DNA of 64,000 nucleotides from an uncultured delta proteobacterium. Its GTDB lineage: Bacteria; Myxococcota; Kuafuiibacteriia; Kuafuiibacteriales; Kuafuiibacteriaceae. The notes beneath the pieces were generated by a model. That model had not been told where the DNA came from. It made no database searches and saw only the letters and a list, made by a program, of their open reading frames with translations. Made by a program: the position numbers and the translations under genes. The stretch lies in assembly GCA_963803435.1 (NCBI GenBank), contig CAWDML010000009.1:416001-480000 (forward strand), read 5' to 3'. This document shows positions 12,406-21,848 of this stretch, piece after piece (positions within the stretch are counted from its first letter, which is position 1; each line of letters opens with the position of its first letter).

Positions 12406-13782
12406 TCACGTCGTGGGTGTCACCGGGTGGCCGAGATAGGTCTCGAGCTTCCGGTACAGCGTGCGTCGATCGAACCCCAGGACCTTGGCCGCGGCAGACT
12501 TGTTCCCGCCCATGGCGTCGAGCACCTCGAAGATGTAGCGGCGCTCGACCTCGGCCAGTGAGGGCAGCTCGGTGGGGTCGGTGGTCTGGACAGTGAAGTC
12601 CTTGGGGGCGTAGCGGCGGATCTTCTCCGGCAGGTCGTCGATGACCAGCTCCTCGAACTTGGTGAGGGCGACGGCGGCCTCTACGCAGTTCTCGAGCTCG
12701 CGCACGTTTCCGGGCCAGTTGTACTCGCGGAGGCGGTGCGCGACCCCCGTCGAGAGACCCGTCACGCGCTTGCCGGTGCGCTCGGCGGCACGGCCGATGA
12801 ACGCCTGAGCCAGCAGGAGCACGTCGTTGCCGCGGCTCCGGAGCGGAGGCATGTCGATCCGCACCACGTTGATCCGATAGTAGAGGTCCTCGCGGAAGCG
12901 GCCGGTCTCGACGGCGTCCTCGATGTCTCGGTTCGTCGAGGCGACGATCCGCGCGTTGAACGCGTGCTCGGTGGTGCCGCCGACCCGACGAACCCGGCGA
13001 TCCTGGAGGGCGCGCAGCAGCTTGGCCTGCATCTCGTTCGGCATCTCGCCGATCTCGTCGAGGAGGATCGTTCCGCCCTCGGCCTGCTCGAAGAGGCCGG
13101 CCCGATCGTGCTTGGCGTCGGTGAACGCACCCCTCACGTGACCGAAGAGCTCGGACTCCAGCAGCGTCGCCGGAAGCGCGGCGCAGTTGATGGCGACGAA
13201 GGGCGCCTTCTTGCGGTGGCTCCGCTGATGGAGCGCCTGCGCGACCAGCTCCTTGCCCGTCCCGCTCTCGCCGCAGATCAGAACGGTGGTCTCGGTGTCG
13301 CCGAGTCGCCCGATCAGATCGTGGATGCGGCGCATCGGCGGGCTGTCACCGATCATGACGTCGTTCGGCGCCGAGATCTCGATCTGCTGCTTGAGCCGCC
13401 TCACCTCGCGCTTGAGCGCGCGATGCGCGAAGGCCCGCTGCGCGGCGATGGCGAGCTGCTGCCGCTCGCAGGGCTTGACCACGAAGTCGAAGGCGCCGGC
13501 CCGGATGGAGGCGATCGCCGTCTCCAGGCTTCCGAACGCGGTCATGACCACCACCGGGACGTCGGGGGTGGCCCCCGTGATGCGCTGGCAGAGCTCCAGG
13601 CCGTCCATCTCTTCGAGGTGGAGATCGGCGAGGACCACGTCGTAGTCCTCGACCGCATGCATCGAAAGGGCCTCCTCCGCCGTCAGACACCAGTCGGGCT
13701 CCAGGCCCTCCCGCTTCAGCCAATCGGCCGCCAGCTCACAGAACTCGCGCTCGTCATCGACGATCAGGACGTGGCCCTTCAT
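12406..13782 (-). CDS. sigma-54-dependent response regulator (second copy)
   Basis: Same REC-AAA+-HTH motifs (GESGTGKE, GAFTDA, GFDRRTLYRKL); ATGA overlap with the kinase. Confidence 0.95.
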   Translation of the reverse strand: MKGHVLIVDDEREFCELAADWLKREGLEPDWCLTAEEALSMHAVEDYDVVLADLHLEEMDGLELCQRITGATPDVPVVVMTAFGSLETAIASIRAGAFDFVVKPCERQQLAIAAQRAFAHRALKREVRRLKQQIEISAPNDVMIGDSPPMRRIHDLIGRLGDTETTVLICGESGTGKELVAQALHQRSHRKKAPFVAINCAALPATLLESELFGHVRGAFTDAKHDRAGLFEQAEGGTILLDEIGEMPNEMQAKLLRALQDRRVRRVGGTTEHAFNARIVASTNRDIEDAVETGRFREDLYYRINVVRIDMPPLRSRGNDVLLLAQAFIGRAAERTGKRVTGLSTGVAHRLREYNWPGNVRELENCVEAAVALTKFEELVIDDLPEKIRRYAPKDFTVQTTDPTELPSLAEVERRYIFEVLDAMGGNKSAAAKVLGFDRRTLYRKLETYLGHPVTPTT

Positions 13783-14519
13783 CGACCTTCTCCTAGCGGC
13801 AGTCGAACCCGAAAGCACGCTCCGCGTTCGGTGGGTGGGATGAGGTCGATCGTTCCGCCGTGGCGCTCGACGATGTTCCGGCACACGGTCAACCCCAGCC
13901 CGGTCCCTCGGCCTTCGTCCCTCGTGGTGTAGAAGGGCTCGAACACGCGCTCGCGATCGACCTCGGGGACGCCCGGGCCGGTATCGCTCACGTCGATCGT
14001 CGCCCACCCGCCGGCGTGGGAGAGGCGGACCTGGACGAGCCCGGGCGCGGTCTCCATCGCCTGAAGCGCGTTCGCGATCAGATTGACGAGGACCTGCTGG
14101 ATCTGGCCGGCATCCACCAGGGCCTCGAACTGCGCGTCGCCCTCGGTCGCCGACACCTCGATTCTGGATCGGCCCGCGAGCGCCTCGGTCAGCTCCACGG
14201 CCTCCCGGACGATGGCGAGCACCGAGGCCCTCCTCGGCTCGATCGAGGTGGTGCGGGCGAAGTCGAGCAACCGTCCCAGCGACCGTGCGATCCGGTTGGC
14301 CTGCTCGGCGATGCGGCGGGCGGAGTCGCGGGCGCGGTCCAGGTCCGATGCGGACTCGGCGATGATCGAAGCCCGCCCGGCGATCACGCTCAAGGGCGTT
14401 CCGATGTCGTGAACGTAGGCCGCAGCCAGCCGCCCGATCGTGGCCATTCGATCGGCGTGTCGGAGACGGCTCTCCAGGTCCGCGCGCGCCGTCTGCGCAG
14501 TGGGGGTCCGGTTCGTCAT
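13779..14519 (-). CDS. histidine kinase (HisKA + HATPase_c) with no sensor domain
   Basis: H-box 'VHDIGTPL', N-box 'VLVNLIANA', 'DTGPG', 'FEPFYTT', 'GTGLGL'. Confidence 0.9.
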   Translation of the reverse strand: MTNRTPTAQTARADLESRLRHADRMATIGRLAAAYVHDIGTPLSVIAGRASIIAESASDLDRARDSARRIAEQANRIARSLGRLLDFARTTSIEPRRASVLAIVREAVELTEALAGRSRIEVSATEGDAQFEALVDAGQIQQVLVNLIANALQAMETAPGLVQVRLSHAGGWATIDVSDTGPGVPEVDRERVFEPFYTTRDEGRGTGLGLTVCRNIVERHGGTIDLIPPTERGACFRVRLPLGEGR

Positions 14520-14576
14520 CGTCGTCCTCGATCGACGTCTACCAGAACCGGATCGGTTTCAGCGACGCGTATTCGG

Positions 14577-14996
14577 TCAAACCTCCTGGGGTGCGTCGAG
14601 CCGCAGGGACTCGAAGCGGGTTTGGTCCCAATACTCGGCTTCGGTGGGCTCGAAGTAGATGGCGCAGAGGTTCGGATCGTCGGGCCCCAGCGGGAACCAG
14701 GGCCGGAGGCTCTCGTTCCAGAGCGCTTCCACCCGGTCCGGCTCCGTGGTGGCACCCGCGAAGCCGGTCATGCTGAGAAACCTCTCGTCGGCCGGATCTT
14801 GAAAGACTACGGTCGCACGGGCGTCGCCGCCGAGCTCGACGATCTTTCGCGACTCGTCGTTGCTCAGGAACCAGAGGATGCCGTCGCCCTCGCGCCCGGC
14901 GATCCGCATCGGGCGTGCATGCATCGATGCATCCTCTGCATGGGTCACCAGCATGCCGACCCGAAATTGCGCGAGGATCCCGTTCATCCGCTGCAT
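14577..14996 (-). CDS. general stress protein 26 / pyridoxamine-5'-phosphate-oxidase-like FMN-binding protein
   Basis: 'GMLVT...HARPM', 'LWF', 'K..EL', 'LWNESLRPWFPLGPDDPNL', 'AEYWD'; start could be 14987. Confidence 0.85.
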   Translation of the reverse strand: MQRMNGILAQFRVGMLVTHAEDASMHARPMRIAGREGDGILWFLSNDESRKIVELGGDARATVVFQDPADERFLSMTGFAGATTEPDRVEALWNESLRPWFPLGPDDPNLCAIYFEPTEAEYWDQTRFESLRLDAPQEV

Positions 14997-15008
14997 CGAG
15001 GAGCAAGA

Positions 15009-15024
15009 TGCGAGCGACGTGCCA
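15009..15024 (-). promoter_or_regulatory. putative sigma-54 promoter
   Basis: TGGCAC-GTCGC-TCGCA with exact GG-N10-GC spacing, upstream of the stress protein. Confidence 0.5.
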
Positions 15025-15055
15025 TCGGTCGGCCCTCGGTGGACAGGGCGGCCTG

Positions 15056-15071
15056 CGGCACGATGGCTGCA
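15056..15071 (+). promoter_or_regulatory. putative sigma-54 promoter
   Basis: CGGCAC-GATGG-CTGCA with exact GG-N10-GC spacing, followed by a GGAGAG RBS and ATG 15094. Confidence 0.5.
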
Positions 15072-15093
15072 CGATTCCAGCGGAGAGCTGAAG

Positions 15094-16209
15094 ATGATCA
15101 CGAAACAACGGATCCAAACAATCAGGCTCGAGGTCGAGGCGATGGCGCGGCCTCTGCTGTCCATATACCTGAACATCGATCCTGCGGACTCGCACGAAGC
15201 GCGCGTGCGGGCGCGCGAGACCATGCAGTCGCTGGGGGTGGGAGACGAGGTGGCCAAGGCGGTGCTCGCCGAGCTCGAGAGCCCACACCACCGCTCACCG
15301 ACGACGGCGATCTTCGCCAACGCCGAGGCGGTCGAGGTGGTCGGCCTCTCGCTCGAGCTACCGATGAGCGACCCGCGGACCGGGCACGTGGAGGCGCGCT
15401 TCGGCGAGCCGTACCTCGGACCCCTGATGCTGGCGCTCGATCAGCACGAGTGGTTCCTGGTGGCCCTGGTCGGACGCGCGCGTTGCCGCGCGTTCGAGGT
15501 CTACGCGAGCGAGATCGAGGAGCTGGAGGCGACCACCCGCGAGCCCATGCCCGGCGAGGGGGACGTCCTGGAGCAGGGCCGGCAGACGTTCCCCGCGTTT
15601 GTGCCCTCCCGCGACGACGCCGGCAAGGATCGGGCGAGCCGACACGAGCACGAGTGGGTGCGGCGCTTCTTCGAGCGGTTCGCCGGTGACGTCGAGGCCG
15701 CGCTGGCGCACCGCGACGCCGAGAGGTTGATCGTGCTCGGGCCCGAACGCGACCGCGGGCTGTTCGAGAGCTGCCTGTCGACCTCGATCCGGCGGGGGGT
15801 GGCGGCCAGCGAGCCCGGCCTGCCGAACGCGGAGGCGCCTCCCGCCGAGGTGCTCGAGCGGCTCAGGCCCGTCGTCGAGCGCGTGGAGGCGGAGCGGACG
15901 CGCCGGTTGATCGATCGCGTCCTCGACGAAGGCGCGCGGGGAACGACGCGGTGTCTGGCCGAGCTCCAGCAGGGGCGCGTCCATACCGTGGTGGCGCCGT
16001 GGACCCTCGACGATGAGGTGTACGAGGCCCACGACGGTTACGTGACCATGAAGGCGGACGATGCGGACGGCGCCCGCCGGGTCACCCTCAAGGAGCGGCT
16101 CCCCGACCTGGCGCAGGCCTACGGCGCCCGGCTGACGATCGCCCGCGGCGAGAACGAGCAGCGCCTCATCGGCGAGGTCGGTGGCATGGGCGGGCTCCTT
16201 CGCTGGTGA
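15094..16209 (+). CDS. bacterial archaeo-eukaryotic release factor (baeRF/eRF1-like) family protein
   Basis: 'LLSIYL', 'FGEPYLGPL', 'ALVGRARCRAFEV', 'RLIVLGP', 'AELQQGRVHTVV', C-terminal 'GGMGGLLRW'. Confidence 0.75.
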   Translation: MITKQRIQTIRLEVEAMARPLLSIYLNIDPADSHEARVRARETMQSLGVGDEVAKAVLAELESPHHRSPTTAIFANAEAVEVVGLSLELPMSDPRTGHVEARFGEPYLGPLMLALDQHEWFLVALVGRARCRAFEVYASEIEELEATTREPMPGEGDVLEQGRQTFPAFVPSRDDAGKDRASRHEHEWVRRFFERFAGDVEAALAHRDAERLIVLGPERDRGLFESCLSTSIRRGVAASEPGLPNAEAPPAEVLERLRPVVERVEAERTRRLIDRVLDEGARGTTRCLAELQQGRVHTVVAPWTLDDEVYEAHDGYVTMKADDADGARRVTLKERLPDLAQAYGARLTIARGENEQRLIGEVGGMGGLLRW

Positions 16210-16251
16210 AACGCCGGGAATGCGCAGGCGCTCGGCCCTGTTCGAGCTGGG

Positions 16252-16617
16252 ATGGTCGGGCCGGGCCTCATGCTCTCCATGGTGGCCCTGTCGGCGTCCG
16301 ATCCCTCGCTCCTGATGTCGCTGCCGGTCGAGAGCATCATGTGCTCCGAGGTTCGCCCGCCGGAGCCGCCGCCGCCGCTTCCTTCCCGCACCCGCGCCTG
16401 CGTCGAGATCGACGGCGTCCCCGGCCCCGAGTGCCGCTCCGGTGGACCCGTCCCGCTCCCCGAGACGACGCCGGCCCGGATCCTCCGCACCTTCGCCGCG
16501 ACCAGCCTCGATCGCGACCCGGCCCCGAACCGCGTCGAGGTCGTGCCCTTTGCGCACGCCGGCCGCGCCGCCGACGGCCATGAGCGGCCCCTCGAAGAAC
16601 CGCCCCGCGCCTCCTGA
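16252..16617 (+). CDS. small Pro-rich hypothetical protein
   Basis: 121 aa ORF filling the gap between co-oriented genes; ends in 'LEEPPRA'. Confidence 0.45.
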   Translation: MVGPGLMLSMVALSASDPSLLMSLPVESIMCSEVRPPEPPPPLPSRTRACVEIDGVPGPECRSGGPVPLPETTPARILRTFAATSLDRDPAPNRVEVVPFAHAGRAADGHERPLEEPPRAS

Positions 16618-16685
16618 GCGTCGATCCGACCCCATCAGCTCAGGAAGACGGCGACCCTCGGGTCGTCCGTGCGGAGGTTCGAGAA

Positions 16686-17369
16686 ATGATACGGAACGTG
16701 TGTTGGGCTGCGCTCGCGGTGAGCGCGGCGTGCAGCGGAGATCTGGATGATCGCGTCGGCCGGCTCGAGCAGCGTGTCGGCCAGCTCGAGAACGGGACCA
16801 AGACGGCGGCGGTCCGCCCGGCGCCGATCCCGGTGCGGGACGACGATCCTTGGATCGGCGCTCAGCGCCCAGAGGTGACGATCGTGGAGGCGTTCGAGTT
16901 CGCCTGTCCCTACTGCGCGATGCTCGATCCCGTCATGGACGAGCTCATGCAGAAGTATGACGGCCAGCCGGTCAAGCTGGTCCCGAAGCAGTTCGTGGTG
17001 CATCCGGCGGTCGCGACCGAGCCGGCGCTCGCCGTCTGCGCCGCCCACAAGCTGGGCGCGTACGATCGGTATGCGGAGGCGCTCTGGCGGCGGGCCTGGC
17101 GGAACGAGGGACGGCTGTCGCTCGATCAGAAGGCGCTCTCTCACGAGGCCCTGATCGCGCTGGCGGACGAGCTCGGGCTCGACCGAGCGCGCTTCACCTC
17201 GGAGCTCGAGGGCAACGAGTGTCGGACCAAGCTCCAGCGCGACAAGGCGGACCTGGTGCGCGCGGGCGTGAACGCGACCCCATCGCTGTTCATCAACGGG
17301 CAGCCGTATCGGGGTGCACGGACGGTCGATGCGCTCTCGCAGGCGATCGAGCAGGCGCGAAAAGGCTGA
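16686..17369 (+). CDS. DsbA/thioredoxin-family lipoprotein
   Basis: Lipobox AAC; 'EAFEFACPYC'; 'GVNATPSLFING'. Confidence 0.9.
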   Translation: MIRNVCWAALAVSAACSGDLDDRVGRLEQRVGQLENGTKTAAVRPAPIPVRDDDPWIGAQRPEVTIVEAFEFACPYCAMLDPVMDELMQKYDGQPVKLVPKQFVVHPAVATEPALAVCAAHKLGAYDRYAEALWRRAWRNEGRLSLDQKALSHEALIALADELGLDRARFTSELEGNECRTKLQRDKADLVRAGVNATPSLFINGQPYRGARTVDALSQAIEQARKG

Positions 17370-17372
17370 GCC

Positions 17373-18251
17373 TCACTGCCCGATCGCGTACGACGTCGGA
17401 TCCTTGGCGAACCGACAGGCGTCGTAGTCGATCGCGTCGTGGGCACCCGGGTCCGGTCCGAGCGTCTCGATCCAGCAAATGATCGCGACGTACTCGGCGT
17501 CGGTGAGCGGATGGTTGGCCAGCGGCATCCGTGAGCCGGGCACCTGTCCGGTGATTCGCCCCACCAGATAGCTGCGGTCCGGGTGTCCCGGCGCCAGCAG
17601 GCGCCACGGCTCCTCTGCGCCGTACGTCCCGTTGTTGTTCGGGTCACCGCCTTGCACGAACGCGAGGGCGCGAACGCTCGAGTACGGGATGTTGTAGGTG
17701 TCGACGATGCTCCCCTCTTTGCTCCCGCCGCCGATCAAGAGATTGGCGGGCAGCTCGACCAGCGTCTCGCCGCCGCGGACGATGCGGGCGGCCTCGCGGT
17801 CGAACCCGCGCGGGGCCTCGCCGGCCAGGCGAAGGTGCCGGAAGGTAGTGCCGGTGTTCTCGTCGTACTCCTCCGGTCCCAGATAGCCGATCCTGGTCCG
17901 CCACTCCGACGCGCCCGCGCCGACCACGAGCTCGTCCGCATCCGGCTCGCAGCCGTCGAACATCGCCTCCGGCTCGTCGAAGCGATCCCGGTTGCAGGGC
18001 TTCGACAGCGCCGAGAGCAGGCTGCCGACGGTCCTCAGATCGGGATACTCGCGTCCGTTGTGGCACACGCCACCGGTCGGGGAGCAGGAGCGGCTGATCA
18101 CGTTGGCGTGGAGCTCCAGCACGGTCGGCAACGTCGCGCGCGCCTCGGTCACTGCCGGGGCCTCGCCGCCGGGCGGATCGGGAGGCTCCACGGTGGCCCC
18201 GCCGCAGGACAGGAGCGGGAAGCAGAGAATCGCGGCCCAGATCCTCATCAC
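17373..18251 (-). CDS. lipoprotein with an atypical c-type heme motif (planctomycete cytochrome c-like)
   Basis: Lipobox LLSC; C-x6-C-H (CSPTGGVCH); 'PGHPDRSYL...RMP...LT..E...II.WI' is typical of PSCyt1-like cytochromes. Confidence 0.65.
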   Translation of the reverse strand: MMRIWAAILCFPLLSCGGATVEPPDPPGGEAPAVTEARATLPTVLELHANVISRSCSPTGGVCHNGREYPDLRTVGSLLSALSKPCNRDRFDEPEAMFDGCEPDADELVVGAGASEWRTRIGYLGPEEYDENTGTTFRHLRLAGEAPRGFDREAARIVRGGETLVELPANLLIGGGSKEGSIVDTYNIPYSSVRALAFVQGGDPNNNGTYGAEEPWRLLAPGHPDRSYLVGRITGQVPGSRMPLANHPLTDAEYVAIICWIETLGPDPGAHDAIDYDACRFAKDPTSYAIGQ

Positions 18252-18260
18252 GATCTCCTC

Positions 18261-19626
18261 TCAGGTGAACAGGTCGCGCACGGGCGCCGCGTTGAGGTAC
18301 AGCGAGGCGTCGATCCCGAGCGCCGCCAGGATGGTGGCCTGCACCGATTTGATGGGCTTCGCCGCGCCTCCGACGGTCGCGAGCGTCTGCGGATCGAGCT
18401 CGCCCAAGCGCCGGCCCTTCGCGGTCACCGGGCCGCCGAACACCGGCCACACCTGGTTGCGGCAGGCGAACGACCCCTGATGGTCGCTGCCGCCTCCGCT
18501 GTTGAAGCCGGTCGCAGGGTCGGTGTTGTCGCGGCCGAACTCCGACATCAGGAACACGACTGTCCGATCCCACATCGGGCTCCCGTCGCTCTCCCGCATC
18601 CGATGGAGGAGGAAGTGCAGGCCGGCGATTCTGGCGGCCCAGGTCGGCCGCGTCGGTTCGAAACAGCGTGTCCTCGTCGCTGTGCGTATCGTAGAGGTAG
18701 CGCAGGACCGAGACGGCCGGGACACCGAGCTGCATCAGCCGGAGCGCGAACGCCGTCTCGAGACCCCATTGACCCTGCGCGAAAGGACCGCCGCCGAGCA
18801 CCTCGAGGAGCTGCGTATTGGTCACGCCGCCGAGCTCGGCGCCCGGCGCACCGAGCAGATCGAGGCCTGGGTTGCGCAGCGCGGCCGCGTACGCCTTCGA
18901 GTTCTGCTTCGCGTCCCGCGCGGCCGATAGATACGGCTGCACGTGCGGAGCGCGCTTCTGTACGTAACGATCATCGATCCGGTTCCGCAGATCTCGGGCC
19001 CAGGCGGCGCGCTCGGCCTGGCCGCTCCCCTGGCTGCGTCCGGTGAACTCGGAGGCCGACTGGACGGCCACCGGCCGGTAGCCCGAGAAGTCGTTCGAGC
19101 CGCGGGCGAAGGTTGACAGACCCACGTCGAACGGCGGCAGCACCAGCGAGCCGTCCCGGTATCCTGGGTGCTCCTTGTGGATCACCGTCAGGAGCCCGGC
19201 GTCGTCCGAGATGCCGGTCGTGCGCATGTCGCCCTCGCCGTGATCGATCACGGCGTTGTCCGAGTAGGGGTCGTGGTCGAGGCCGGCCAGCACGGCGATG
19301 TCGCCCGCGATCTCGTGCACGGGGCTCAACCTGGCGCCGTCGTTGAACGAGTACAGATCGATGGGGTCCGTGCCGAGCAGCGATCCCGGCGTCCACTCCA
19401 CGCCCGCGGGCGGCGTCGACTTGCCGAACGGGTTGAACTGGAAGGAGACGTCGGCGTTGAAGAGCGGGGCGCTGCGAAGGCCGCCGCCGGCATAGAGGAT
19501 CAGGACGTGCTTCGCGACCCCGAACCCGGGGGTCGAGGCACCGAAGCCCTTCTTGACCCAGAACCAAGGCGAAGCGAGCGCACCGGCCGCGGCGCCCTTG
19601 AGCAGTGTTCGTCGTGAAAATGCCAT
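18261..19626 (-). CDS. Tat-exported DUF1501-family protein; one extra base near 18629
   Basis: Tat motif SRRTLLK; 'LILYAGGG', 'YDTH', 'SEFGR', 'GSDH'; C-terminus lies in the adjacent frame. Confidence 0.8.
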
Positions 19627-19636
19627 GGAAGTCACC

Positions 19637-21286
19637 TCAGTAGGTCATGAACGCGATGCCGCCGAGCAGCCCGGAGCAGAGCCCGCGGGCGGTGGCCTCG
19701 ACGTCGCAGTCGGTGCAGTTGTCGATCACGGCGCTGACGGCCTCGGCGACCTGGGGATCGGTCGGATCGATCTCGATCCGTCCCATCACGTGGCGGACGG
19801 TCGCCTCGATCGCGGCGGCGCTGTGGTCGGCAGGATCGAGCCCGGGCGGCATCAACGCCGGGACGTCGCCGAGGAAGCACAGCTTCACCAGCTCCTCCTC
19901 CTGCGCGACCGCGGTGATCAGGCCGATGTGGCCGGTGCGTCCGGTGACCGAGAACGAGCCGTAGTCGAACGCGCCCGGGCAGCCGCCCAGGACCCGGGCG
20001 CTATCGCGGAAGGTGGTGTCCATGGCGCCGCTGCCGTCGCGGGGGTAGACGTCCTGGAGCGGGTCGATCGTCTCAGGCGGGAGCGCCGCGTCGGGGAGGT
20101 TCGGGTAGCGCCAATCGCACTCACCGAGATCGCGACCGATGACGGCGCCGATCGAGTGGAGCCAGTCCTCCGCGATCATCAGCTTGGTGGGGCCGTACGC
20201 GAAGGCGGTCTGGCGGAGGCTCTCGGGCCGCGGGGACGAGGCGATCTCGTCGGCGGTCTGACGGTACGCCCACGAGGTCAGCACGATCCGCTCGAGCTCG
20301 CGGACGTCGCCGCCGTTTCGTTTGAATAGATCGACGAGCGCCTGGCGAGCCTTGGGCCGGAGCGAGCCCAGGTCATAGCCGAGCAGCCGCTGGAGCTCGG
20401 CGTCGACCTCGGCCTCCCAGAACGCGTCGAGGCCCGCGAAGAGTCGGCCGGGCGTGCGGAGCGATTCCCAGTCGGCCGCGGTCAAATCCGCGATCGCGAT
20501 GTACTCGACGCGGCCGTCCGCGGGAAACGCGATGGTCGCCGGCCCGAGCAGCGTGCTCTCGCACGCATTGACGCCGGCGGCGCAGGCCTGCGGATCGATG
20601 AGCGGCACCCCGCCGTAGCCGTAGGGAGGGGCGATCGCCGCGCGGTCGGCGGCGCCGTCGAGGCGGACGTACGTGTTGCCGATCCAGGGACGCCAGAGGT
20701 TGCTGAGGTCGATCGCCTCGGGTCGCGTGGCCGGGCGTCCCAGGAACGCGCGGAAGGCCGCCTCCGCCACCAGGTCCGGCTGTCCGTACCCGACGAACCG
20801 GCCCACGAAGCCGGGGTGGGCGAGGACCATGATCGCGAAGTCACGGTACGACGTCCGTCCCTGGTAGAGGTCCTCGACCAGGCGATCGAGGTCATGGATC
20901 GAGCCGGCGTCGACCAGCGCGTCCGAGTAGCTGAGGCGGTCCGCCCAGCGGCGCCGGGCGGCTCGGCGATAGGCCTCGGATTCCTGGATGCGGCCGACCA
21001 CGGTGTCGAGCGGCTGTCCGATGCAGTCGGACCTCAGTTGCTCGGCCGGGGCGCGGATGCCGAGGAGGTCCACGAAGAGCCGCGTGCAGAGCTCGGCGTC
21101 CCCGGCCAGCTGGGGGCGATAGCCGGCGTCGTAGAGCTCTGCGCAGAGCGCGTGGTCGAGGGGGTGGGTCGCGCCGGCGCAGGTCTCGGGTGTCGGAGGG
21201 CCGCCGGGGGGCGGCTTGTCGTCGCAGGCGACCAGGAGCGTGAGGGGCGCGAAGAGCGTCAGGGCAGCAGGAAGAAGGTTTCGCAC
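19637..21286 (-). CDS. lipoprotein with DUF1549/DUF1553 (PSD1)-like domains
   Basis: Lipobox LVAC; 'LCTRLFVDLLGIR', 'RRWADRL', 'DVRELERIVLTSWAYRQ', 'KLMIAEDWLHSI'. Confidence 0.7.
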   Translation of the reverse strand: MRNLLPAALTLFAPLTLLVACDDKPPPGGPPTPETCAGATHPLDHALCAELYDAGYRPQLAGDAELCTRLFVDLLGIRAPAEQLRSDCIGQPLDTVVGRIQESEAYRRAARRRWADRLSYSDALVDAGSIHDLDRLVEDLYQGRTSYRDFAIMVLAHPGFVGRFVGYGQPDLVAEAAFRAFLGRPATRPEAIDLSNLWRPWIGNTYVRLDGAADRAAIAPPYGYGGVPLIDPQACAAGVNACESTLLGPATIAFPADGRVEYIAIADLTAADWESLRTPGRLFAGLDAFWEAEVDAELQRLLGYDLGSLRPKARQALVDLFKRNGGDVRELERIVLTSWAYRQTADEIASSPRPESLRQTAFAYGPTKLMIAEDWLHSIGAVIGRDLGECDWRYPNLPDAALPPETIDPLQDVYPRDGSGAMDTTFRDSARVLGGCPGAFDYGSFSVTGRTGHIGLITAVAQEEELVKLCFLGDVPALMPPGLDPADHSAAAIEATVRHVMGRIEIDPTDPQVAEAVSAVIDNCTDCDVEATARGLCSGLLGGIAFMTY

Positions 21287-21387
21287 GGAGCCGAGGTGTC
21301 AGCACACGGCGTGCCGTTCGGCGCGGCCCTCGAAAGCGTGTCGTCGGGCTCAGATAGTTGAAGGAACGCTGGTCACCGAACGGTGAG

Positions 21388-21828
21388 TCAGCCCTTCTTC
21401 TTCGGCTCCTTCGCGGGCGGGGCCTGCTCGAAGAACAGGGTGTGGGCCTTCCAGATTTCCCGCTCCTTCTCCGTGTTGCGGGAGTTCCAGCGACGGCTGA
21501 CGATCACCAGCTTGCCGCGCGGCGACTCCTTCTTCACGTGGTCGAGCAGGACGTCGATGCAGCCGGGGCTCTCGTCCAGATCCTCGAAGTGCACCAGGCC
21601 AACCTGATCGTCGAGCCCGGCCAACAGATCCTCGAACGCCTTCGACGATGGTTCTTCGAGGACGACGACCTCCTTGCCCATCTCGCGCAGGTGCTCTTGC
21701 GCGGACTCCTCCGCGGAGAACGTCGGATCCGCGATGTTGAGGCAGAGCGTATGGTGCTTCGAGCTCGCGACCAGGCTCTGGAGGAAGTCCCTCACAGTTC
21801 GATCGAGATGACTGTTTCTTTCGCCCAT
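21388..21828 (-). CDS. hypothetical protein, possibly a degenerate P-loop fold
   Basis: 146 aa ORF from ATG 21828; 'LVHFEDLD' and 'KLVIVSR' resemble Walker-B and sensor strands. Confidence 0.6.
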   Translation of the reverse strand: MGERNSHLDRTVRDFLQSLVASSKHHTLCLNIADPTFSAEESAQEHLREMGKEVVVLEEPSSKAFEDLLAGLDDQVGLVHFEDLDESPGCIDVLLDHVKKESPRGKLVIVSRRWNSRNTEKEREIWKAHTLFFEQAPPAKEPKKKG

Positions 21829-21848
21829 CGAGGCCAGGCGTACCACAG

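Noticed and set aside
21302-21316. Sigma-54-like motif CGGCAC-GCCGT-GTGC upstream of the DUF1549-like gene
   Set aside because: Weak -12 element and almost no leader before the start; could be chance in GC-rich DNA.
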